A stretch of DNA of 29,137 bases from a virus (lineage: Duplodnaviria > Caudoviricetes): the IMG/VR virus record IMGVR_UViG_3300023055_000022, positions 1-29,137 of that record. One strand, given 5' to 3'. Shown in pieces: positions 7,134 through 13,936 of the stretch. Both the position numbers and the translations under genes were made by a program. Each line of letters begins with the position of its first letter. Position 1 is the first letter of the stretch. The notes beneath the pieces were generated by a model. That model searched no databases. It was not told the origin of the DNA and worked only from the letters and a program-made list of their open reading frames with translations.

Positions 7134-7793
7134 TTAGAAGATTTCCAGCTTGGACACCACAACCCCGCAGATCGATGCATCTTCGGGTAGCTCGATAATC
7201 GGATCCGGCCAAGATGGGTTCAGCGGCTTCAAAAACCTCCGCGACCCCTCTAGAACCAGTTGTTTAAAGGTTGCTTCCTTACTGTCGGCAAGCTTGGCAA
7301 TTACCAACGATCCGTTCTCGTAGTCCTTGTTCGGATCGACAAAAATTATGTCGCCATCAAGGAATGAGCGCCTCTCATGGGGGTTGTACATCGATAGGCC
7401 CCGCACCCTCAGCGCAAAGGTCGCGCTGCTATGTGAAACCGCGCAAGGTAGCCAGTTTTCTACGTCCTGCAGTTCAAGCACATCTTGCATTTCACACCAC
7501 GTTCCCGCCTGTACCCAAGAAATCAGCGGGACGAATCCGCGAATACGTGGACCTGGTTCGATGTTGGAGTGCGGGCCGGTCACGATGTCAGGCGCTTCCC
7601 CGCCTTTCCAAAGCCACTCGCTGGTCACGCCCAGGGCTTTCGCCAGCTTCTCTACGTTTGCCTGGCGTGGGCTTGCCGAAGTCCCGGTGAGGATGCGGTG
7701 GATAGTCGGCTGCGGTACCCCTGAGCGTCTTCCTAATTCCCCTTCGGACCACTCCAGTTCATGCATTCGCTGTGCTACGCGCTTTCCTATCAC
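7134..7793 (-). CDS. cI: CI/PrtR-like repressor (HTH plus S24 autopeptidase), 219 aa
   Basis: HTH SEGELGRRSGVPQPTIHRIL; VPLISWVQAG cleavage-site region; catalytic GLSM and ATFKQL; GTG at 7793 preferred because the longer ORF runs through OR. Confidence 0.93.
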   Translation of the reverse strand: MIGKRVAQRMHELEWSEGELGRRSGVPQPTIHRILTGTSASPRQANVEKLAKALGVTSEWLWKGGEAPDIVTGPHSNIEPGPRIRGFVPLISWVQAGTWCEMQDVLELQDVENWLPCAVSHSSATFALRVRGLSMYNPHERRSFLDGDIIFVDPNKDYENGSLVIAKLADSKEATFKQLVLEGSRRFLKPLNPSWPDPIIELPEDASICGVVVSKLEIF

Positions 7794-7806
7794 GGCCTTT
7801 GCTCTG

Positions 7807-7880
7807 ATTCGTTTACGTATCGGAATTGTATTGCTCTGTTTAATTCGTTTGGGTATTATCATTCCAATTCGATAACGCAT
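7807..7880 (+). promoter_or_regulatory. pR promoter and three operators (OR)
   Basis: TTGCTC (7831-7836), 17 nt, TATTAT (7854-7859); ATTCGTTTACGTAT 7807-7820, ATTCGTTTGGGTAT 7843-7856, ATTCGATAACGCAT 7867-7880. Confidence 0.75.
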
Positions 7881-7891
7881 CGGTGGGTGCA

Positions 7892-8086
7892 ATGACCATT
7901 CAAGAGATGCTTCAAAAGCTGATTGATCTGGGGTTTTCGCAACGTGCGATCGCAGATCGGGTTGGCGTTACGCAGCCAACTATCTATCGAGCCACAAAAG
8001 GCGCAGCCGTCCGCTATGAGGTGGGTAAGGCTATTGAGCTGTTCTATGAAGAGCAAAAAAAGGTTGTTGAAAAGCAGCAAAAGTAA
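7892..8086 (+). CDS. cro: Cro-like HTH protein, 64 aa
   Basis: Divergent from cI; HTH SQRAIADRVGVTQPTIYRA. Confidence 0.88.
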   Translation: MTIQEMLQKLIDLGFSQRAIADRVGVTQPTIYRATKGAAVRYEVGKAIELFYEEQKKVVEKQQK

Positions 8087-8091
8087 GGACT

Positions 8092-8199
8092 GCTGAGCTG
8101 AGGCCTCTCACCACAAGATCCCTCAGCTCAGCGAGCGCGGCGCAAAAGCGCCGTTGTACCCGCCATCCGGTTGCCTCTCACCACAAGATTCGCCGGATG
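8092..8199 (+). repeat. Two hairpins carrying an identical 17-nt sequence GCCTCTCACCACAAGAT in their loops
   Basis: Repeat at 8103-8119 and 8173-8189; stems GCTGAGCTGAGG/CCTCAGCTCAGC (8092-8132) and CATCCGG/CCGGATG (8164-8199). Confidence 0.85.
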
Positions 8200-8313
8200 A
8201 CTAGAACCGCGTGAAATGCCCGCACAGCACGCAAAGCACAACACACCGGTCGTATTCACAGGATAGGATGTTGAAAGCCCTGTGACTACACCGTAAACCG
8301 AGGATTTACGGTT

Positions 8314-8802
8314 ATGAGTCGCATTGATCTATTGCCGGACGCCGGTCCGGTCCTCGCATTGCGACAGGCGCTCTATCGCGCTGGTCGCGACTATCACGGT
8401 GGCATCACCAAGCTGGCCTTCGACATGGTCATGGACGTGGATGCCCTGCAGAAGAAGCTTCACCCCACCGAAGAGCGTCGCTGGCCCAGCCCGGACGAGA
8501 TTGAAGAAATCGTCCGCTGGACTGGTGATCCTCGGCTGCTTGATGCGCTCGTCCGTCCGGGAGGTGCCGTCTGGTACCGCCCGGAGCCTGTCCCAGCGAC
8601 CAATGAAGCGCTGCAGGCAGTAGCGAAGCTGCTTGAGGAGTCCAGCGAGTTTGTCGGTACTTTGCACGACGGCGCCGCTGACAACGTGTGGACGGCTGCC
8701 GAAGTGCTCGACCTTGAGCTGCGCGGCATGGATGTGATCCGCCAGGTGCTGGCCATTATGGCGGGTGCCCGTCAGGCCATGGAGGACGAAGCTCATGGCT
8801 GA
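8314..8802 (+). CDS. Phage regulatory CII-family protein (186/P2-type), 162 aa
   Basis: Position after cro; GGITKLAFDM, LQKKLHP, DPRLLDAL and ADNVWTAAE motifs; GAGG RBS. Confidence 0.75.
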   Translation: MSRIDLLPDAGPVLALRQALYRAGRDYHGGITKLAFDMVMDVDALQKKLHPTEERRWPSPDEIEEIVRWTGDPRLLDALVRPGGAVWYRPEPVPATNEALQAVAKLLEESSEFVGTLHDGAADNVWTAAEVLDLELRGMDVIRQVLAIMAGARQAMEDEAHG

Positions 8803-8998
8803 TGTGATCGATGTGGCCAATGACCAGGCCGACTACCACCTGCAGGTGGCGCTTCAGCGCCGCGTTCGTCCAGCGATTAAGCCGAGCGCGCAGTTCTGCG
8901 AAGACTGCGATGAACCAATCCCGGAGGTGCGGCAGCAACTGGTGGCGGGGTGCGAGACCTGCATCAGCTGCCAGGAACTGCGGGAGCGCCGCAGATGA
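8795..8998 (+). CDS. TraR/DksA C4-type zinc finger protein, 67 aa
   Basis: MADVIDVA (DxxDxA) and CEDCDEPIPEVR...CETCISCQ. Confidence 0.9.
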   Translation: MADVIDVANDQADYHLQVALQRRVRPAIKPSAQFCEDCDEPIPEVRQQLVAGCETCISCQELRERRR

Positions 8999-11766
8999 GC
9001 GAGCGCCCAACCTCTACCACAGCTGATTGGGCGCGGCGGTACATTGAAGCCTTCGATCTCGCCTTGGTTCCGATTGAACCAGGTGAGAAGGGGCCGAAGG
9101 GTGCCGGCTGGAACAAGCCAGGTGGGTACTTCACGGACGCCTCAAAGGCTGAGGCGTTTTGGACTGCGAGCCCGAATCACAACCTCGGTGTTGTGCTCGG
9201 GCCGAGTCGTGTCTGTTCGCTGGACGTTGATGATGTCGAGCTGACCCGGCAGGTACTACAGCAAACGCTTGGGCTCGATGTCGACGCACTCGCTGACGCG
9301 TACCCGACCTCTGTTGGCAACCCTGAACGATTCCGGGTGATGTTCCGCGTCCCCGAGGGTGTGGAGCTGAGTCGCCACGCCCTGGTTTGGCCTAACAAGA
9401 ACGACCCCGATGGCACCATCTACAAGGGGCTCATGGCGCAAGTGAAGGCGGCTCAAAACGAGGGCGACCCTGCCCGCGAAGCGGCTTTCCGCATGGCTGC
9501 TGAGCCCTTCAAGAAAGTGACAGTTTTCGAACTTCGGGGCGGCCAGGTGCAGGACGTCCTACCACCATCCATTCACCCGGGCACTCGTAAGCCATACACA
9601 TGGCGTACCGCGCCGAATGCAGACGGTTTACCAGAGTTGCCAGCCGACTTGTTGGCCATCTGGCAGGATTGGGATGAGTTCAAGCCGAAGGGGGAGGCGG
9701 TTTGTCCTTGGAAGCCGAAGGCGGCAACGCCTGCCCCCGCAGCTCGTCCCCTGGCCAAGTCATTGCCAGCTGCAGCTCGATCTGGTGATCGGCTCCCCGA
9801 AGTCATCCCAGAGTTCAATCGCGTACATGACATTGCCACGATGATTGAAGCGCACGGATACAAGCGCATGGACGGGAAGTGGTTGAGCCCACACAGCAGT
9901 TCAGGGCTGCCCGGTGTGGCGATCAAGGATGGCAAGCTTTACTCGCATCACACTTCTGATCCGCTTGCGAATGGACACAAGAACGATGCGTTTGATGTGT
10001 TCTGCATCCTGACGCACGATGGCGACCAGAAGGCTGCGACCAGGGCTGCTGCTCAGATCCTCGGTATTGACGCGAAGTCCCGCCCACCTGCTCCGCCACC
10101 ATTGGGTGAGCTTCCCCATGCCCCATCGGTTGTCGAGCAGGCCGAGTTGCCTCCGCTCGCCGGCAGCGATGCCGAGCAGCTTCCCCGCGCCCCATCGGAC
10201 GTTGAGGCGTCCAGCTCGGCCGCCTCCTCGGCCTCCGGGGGGGAGGGGGCGGATGGTCTGGTGCTGAAGAGCGCCATGCGCCGATTCGCCCTGGTTGAGG
10301 GCTCCACCAACGTGTGGGATCTCGACAAAGGTCAGTCGATGAAGCGCACCGGATTCGAGGCGCTGGTGGGCAAGCCGCTCGCCAAGCAGTGGATGGAGCG
10401 GACAGATAAAAAGCTGATGTCGCTCGACCAAGTGAAAGAGCTGGAGCAGGTTAAAAGACTGGCGGCAAAGAAGGGTGGCGCTCTGAAGCTGGACCCCATT
10501 GAGCGGTACGTCTACATCGACGGCACCAAGGATGTCTGGGATCGGGAGAAGAAGCGCCGTATCCCTGAAGGCGCGGTCAAGATGGCCTTGGGTGACGAAT
10601 ACAAGTGGTGGCTGAACAGCCAGGATCGCCGTGTTGTCGACGTGGACCACATCGTGTTCGATCCGACCATGACCAAAGATCCGGCTATCTATATCAACAC
10701 CTTCGAGGGTTTGCCGCTCGAGCCCGTGCGTAATGACGCGGCCTGCGAGAACTTGCGCTGGCTGATCTCATTCCTGTGCAACCACGATGCGGAAGCGCTT
10801 GAGTGGCTCATCAAGTGGCTGGCTTATCCGCTACAGCATATGGGCGCGAAGATGGACACGGCGATCCTGTTCCACTCCACCATGGAGGGCTCAGGCAAAA
10901 GCCTCATGTTCGCGGACGTTATGGGCGAGCTGTATGGCCAATATGGCGCAACGGTCGGGCAGACCCAATTGGAAGGCAGCTTCAACGCCTGGCAGAGCCG
11001 CAAGCTGTGGGCGGTGTTTGAAGAGGTTGTCAGCCGCGACCAGCGCTACAACCAAGTAGGCAAGATCAAGCACATGATCACTGGCAAGACGGTGCGCATG
11101 GAATCGAAGTTCATCAACGGCTGGGAAGAGGCCAACCACATGAACTCGGCGTTCCTCAGCAACGAGATCATGCCGTGGCCGATCAGCGAAGACGACCGAC
11201 GGATGCTGGTGATGTGGCCTCTTGAGACGCTACCGCCGGAGCGCCAGAAGGCGATTAGCCGGGAACTGGCGAACGGTGGAGTGGCTGCCTTGTACGGCTG
11301 GTTGCTTGATGTCGAGCTGGGAGAATTCAACCAGCGTACACGACCGCCCAAGACTGAAGCTCGCCAGCGCCTGGTCGAGTTGAGCCGCACTGCTTGGCAG
11401 ACCTTCTTCTATCTCTGGCGTGCCGGTGAGTTGGGGCACGGCCTGTGGGGCTGCGCGCTGACAAGCGATGTGTACGCCATGTTCGCCGAGTGGTGCTCCC
11501 ACAACCGGGAAAGCGTGATGAGCCAGACGAAGTTCTCGCTGATGCTCAGCGCGAAGGTTGAGAAGACCCGCGCGATCCCCTGGACCGATGGCAGCAACCG
11601 GCGATTTGCCGCGTTCTTCTTTCCTGATGATGGTGATCCTTCCCTGCCCCCATCCATGAAGTCGGCCGAGCTGGGCAAGAACGTCGTCGAGTGGCGTGCC
11701 AGAGCAAAGTTGGCTGGCTGGAACGTTGATGGCTGGGACCACGTGAAGAGGGTGCTTGCGGCATGA
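8995..11766 (+). CDS. Bifunctional primase-polymerase fused to SF3 (D5-like) helicase, 923 aa
   Basis: Prim-pol motifs NLGVVLG, LDVDD and VLPPSIHP; Walker A EGSGKS, Walker B AVFEE, motif C FLSN; ATGA overlap at 8995. Confidence 0.88.
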   Translation: MSERPTSTTADWARRYIEAFDLALVPIEPGEKGPKGAGWNKPGGYFTDASKAEAFWTASPNHNLGVVLGPSRVCSLDVDDVELTRQVLQQTLGLDVDALADAYPTSVGNPERFRVMFRVPEGVELSRHALVWPNKNDPDGTIYKGLMAQVKAAQNEGDPAREAAFRMAAEPFKKVTVFELRGGQVQDVLPPSIHPGTRKPYTWRTAPNADGLPELPADLLAIWQDWDEFKPKGEAVCPWKPKAATPAPAARPLAKSLPAAARSGDRLPEVIPEFNRVHDIATMIEAHGYKRMDGKWLSPHSSSGLPGVAIKDGKLYSHHTSDPLANGHKNDAFDVFCILTHDGDQKAATRAAAQILGIDAKSRPPAPPPLGELPHAPSVVEQAELPPLAGSDAEQLPRAPSDVEASSSAASSASGGEGADGLVLKSAMRRFALVEGSTNVWDLDKGQSMKRTGFEALVGKPLAKQWMERTDKKLMSLDQVKELEQVKRLAAKKGGALKLDPIERYVYIDGTKDVWDREKKRRIPEGAVKMALGDEYKWWLNSQDRRVVDVDHIVFDPTMTKDPAIYINTFEGLPLEPVRNDAACENLRWLISFLCNHDAEALEWLIKWLAYPLQHMGAKMDTAILFHSTMEGSGKSLMFADVMGELYGQYGATVGQTQLEGSFNAWQSRKLWAVFEEVVSRDQRYNQVGKIKHMITGKTVRMESKFINGWEEANHMNSAFLSNEIMPWPISEDDRRMLVMWPLETLPPERQKAISRELANGGVAALYGWLLDVELGEFNQRTRPPKTEARQRLVELSRTAWQTFFYLWRAGELGHGLWGCALTSDVYAMFAEWCSHNRESVMSQTKFSLMLSAKVEKTRAIPWTDGSNRRFAAFFFPDDGDPSLPPSMKSAELGKNVVEWRARAKLAGWNVDGWDHVKRVLAA

Positions 11767-11780
11767 CTACCTCTATTTGT

Positions 11781-12070
11781 GTGTTGGGTGTGTTGGGTTT
11801 GTGTCGGGTTGGATTGGTCTACCCAACACAGTCGGATTGCCCGAAATCATTGGCTTTCACGGGTAGTGTGTTGGGTGTGTTGGGTTTGTCCACGCACGCG
11901 CGCGTGCGCGTAATTTTTTGGAATGCCATCAACGAAGAAAAAAAACTCTATGCGAGAACCAACAAACCCAACAAACCCAACACACTCAACACACTTTCAT
12001 CTAATCAACTGATTTCATTGGGTTTTATTTGTGTTGGGTTTGTGTCGGGTTTCGAAAATGTGTGTTGGGT
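11781..12070. repeat. Iteron array (GTGTTGGGT 9-mer, both orientations), putative replication origin
   Basis: Forward copies at 11781, 11790, 11801, 11868, 11877, 12031, 12042, 12062; reverse copies at 11821, 11957, 11966, 11975, 11984; A/T tracts and a CG palindrome in between; directly after the primase-helicase. Confidence 0.75.
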
Positions 12071-12091
12071 GCAGGTTTGGGGGGAATGGCG

Positions 12092-12637
12092 ATGAGCATG
12101 GATCAGGAAGTGGGTCTCCTACTGCGGGTCACGCAGCACCAGATCGATATGGCAGAGCTTATTGATCCCGCCGAGCGCCTGCGCCTGGTGGGCGAACTGA
12201 TGCACCACTGGGGAGAACAGCGTCGCTTGGTTGGGCTTAAGGCGAGTCTGGGTAGCCAGATGGGGACAATCATGGAATGGAAGGGGGCTGCGCCTCGCGG
12301 TGGCGTGTCGGGTCATCGCGTTCTGGTTGCCGGTGCTGGCATGGATTATTCAGCAGCAGAAGTAGATGCTGCTGTCATCCAGTTAGGGCGGCGGGACAAG
12401 CGTGGGGAAACGTTGGCCAAGCTGGCGGAGATGCGCTACGTCCTGGGCTTCACCATTCGAGAGCAAATGAGGGTGGTTGGGTTGGCGGAAGATGCAGATC
12501 GCACCTATCGCAACTGGGTAAAAGCCCTGCATTTGCAGGTGTTTGCCATCCTTGCTGCCCGCGCTGGCCGCGTCCGGCAGCAAACCGTTCGTCGGGTCAC
12601 AATGCGCCGAGCGTGCGCCGAAGGTGCGCCGAAGTAG
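12092..12637 (+). CDS. Putative late-gene regulator (Q-like position), 181 aa
   Basis: Located between replication and holin; HWGEQ, AEVDAAV, LAEMRY and RTYRNWV pattern with C-terminal HTH-like segment; function inferred. Confidence 0.55.
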   Translation: MSMDQEVGLLLRVTQHQIDMAELIDPAERLRLVGELMHHWGEQRRLVGLKASLGSQMGTIMEWKGAAPRGGVSGHRVLVAGAGMDYSAAEVDAAVIQLGRRDKRGETLAKLAEMRYVLGFTIREQMRVVGLAEDADRTYRNWVKALHLQVFAILAARAGRVRQQTVRRVTMRRACAEGAPK

Positions 12638-12645
12638 CGCCGAAG
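12602..12645 (+). repeat. Four tandem 11-bp repeats (consensus GTGCGCCGAAG)
   Basis: ATGCGCCGAGC, GTGCGCCGAAG, GTGCGCCGAAG, TAGCGCCGAAG spanning the regulator stop codon. Confidence 0.8.
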
Positions 12646-12781
12646 CGGATAACCGAAAACACCCTCTTTTCGGTTTTTCCGGTGACCTGTAAAAAGTCAC
12701 CACGATGTGAAAAGTGCGCTTAGGCGCTGACCCAACAAGCACTGTGCTGTGCAACCCGCCCCGACCAGTCGGTGCATCGAT

Positions 12782-12812
12782 AACCCTGCCAACTTGGCGG
12801 GGTTTTCTTTTT
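12782..12812 (+). terminator. Intrinsic terminator in the late leader upstream of the holin
   Basis: AACCCTGCCAA/TTGGCGGGGTT stem followed by TTCTTTTT. Confidence 0.75.
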
Positions 12813-12842
12813 CCGGCGCGGTGCTTTGCCAACGAGGCTTAC

Positions 12843-13190
12843 ATGAACAGCGAGCAACAAGCGTTAGCCGAGCTGCCAATCTGGATGGTGATTGTGCTGT
12901 CCCTGGTCGGTGGTGTGTCGGGAGAGATGTGGCGGGCAGATAAGGCAGGTGCTCGCGGGTGGGGGCTGGTTCGCCGGTTGGCATTGCGGTCTGGTGCCTG
13001 TGTCACCTGCGGGCTGTCGACCAACATGCTGCTGTACGCCCTCGGTGTTTCGGTGTGGGCTGCTGCTGCTGTCGGATGCCTGACCGCGATGGCCGGCGCC
13101 GATGTGGCGATCAACCTTTACGAGCGCTGGGCCGCCAAGCGCCTGGGCATCGAGCAGGTGCCCCCGCAGGCCGGCGAGCCGGGGCAGTGA
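12843..13190 (+). CDS. Phage holin (LydA-like, pyocin-type), 115 aa
   Basis: ATG at 12843 after GAGG; multiple hydrophobic helices; GGVSGEMWRADK and AMAGADVAI motifs. Confidence 0.85.
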   Translation: MNSEQQALAELPIWMVIVLSLVGGVSGEMWRADKAGARGWGLVRRLALRSGACVTCGLSTNMLLYALGVSVWAAAAVGCLTAMAGADVAINLYERWAAKRLGIEQVPPQAGEPGQ

Positions 13191-13216
13191 CCCGACCGGC
13201 AGCCCCGGCAGGGCCG

Positions 13217-13340
13217 GGGACCCTGGCGATATGGCCGGGGTACGGGGCAGGAAACCCGCGCTTCTTTGTTAGCGGGAGGTTCACCAGCTTAGTGAACTGC
13301 GGTGAACTGGTTAACCCCCTGAATTCCTTGGGTGAACTGG
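13217..13340 (+). promoter_or_regulatory. Lambda-like cos site (cosQ-cosN-cosB)
   Basis: TACG GGGCAGGAAACC CGCG (13241-13260) aligns with lambda TACG GGGCGGCGACCT CGCG; GGGACCC upstream; GTGAAC repeats downstream; directly before terS. Confidence 0.75.
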
Positions 13341-13350
13341 ACGTTTCGAC

Positions 13351-13932
13351 ATGACCCACCTGACGAAATCGGAGTTCGCCGCCCGGCACGGATGGTCGAA
13401 ATCCTACGTTTCTAAACTGGCCAAGCAGGAGCGCTTGGTGCTGACCGACGACGGCAAGGTCGACGTCGACGCCACTGAGCTACTGCTGGCCGAGACCGCT
13501 GATCCCAGCAAGGCAGCTGTCGCTGCCCGGCATGAGGAGAACCGCGTCGAGCGGGATGTTCGAAGTCAGCTCCAGCCCGGCCTCGGCCCACTTGCGGTGC
13601 CGCAGCCGGATCTCGCGCCCGGCGGGGCTCATAACTTCCAGAAAGCGAAGGCGCACCGCGAGTACTACCTCGCCCAGTTGGCCGAAGCTGAGTTCAACAA
13701 AGTCCAGGGCAATCTGGTCGAGCGTAAAGCAGTGGAAGATGCGGCTTACATGGCGGGCCGGATGCTGCGCGACCAGTTGTTCGGTCTCGCGCCGCAGCTC
13801 GCCGCCGAGCTTGTGGGTATGAGTGACCCTTGGGAGATCGAAAAGCACCTCGCCGGCGCCTTCCGCCGCGTTCTAACCGAGGTAAGCAAGATGAGCGACG
13901 CCGACCTCAATCAAGCCATCACACAGAGCTGA
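13351..13932 (+). CDS. Terminase small subunit, 193 aa
   Basis: N-terminal wHTH KSEFAARHGWSKSYVSKL; coiled-coil segment AEFNKVQGNLV; precedes terL. Confidence 0.88.
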   Translation: MTHLTKSEFAARHGWSKSYVSKLAKQERLVLTDDGKVDVDATELLLAETADPSKAAVAARHEENRVERDVRSQLQPGLGPLAVPQPDLAPGGAHNFQKAKAHREYYLAQLAEAEFNKVQGNLVERKAVEDAAYMAGRMLRDQLFGLAPQLAAELVGMSDPWEIEKHLAGAFRRVLTEVSKMSDADLNQAITQS

Positions 13933-13936
13933 GCCT

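Noticed and set aside
7794-7892. N-terminal extension of cI
   Set aside because: It runs through the operator/promoter region up to the cro start
8092-8199. Two 17-nt direct repeats as a mini CRISPR array
   Set aside because: Only two short repeats, located in hairpin loops, with no cas genes; better explained as RNA regulatory elements
11781-12070. Repeat cluster as CRISPR or diversity-generating retroelement
   Set aside because: Repeats are 9 bp, irregularly spaced and in both orientations; no reverse transcriptase or cas gene in the window
11763-12095. 110-aa ORF after the primase-helicase
   Set aside because: Its repetitive peptide is a by-product of 9-bp iterons in both orientations; it does overlap both neighbours by ATGA, so translation is not fully excluded
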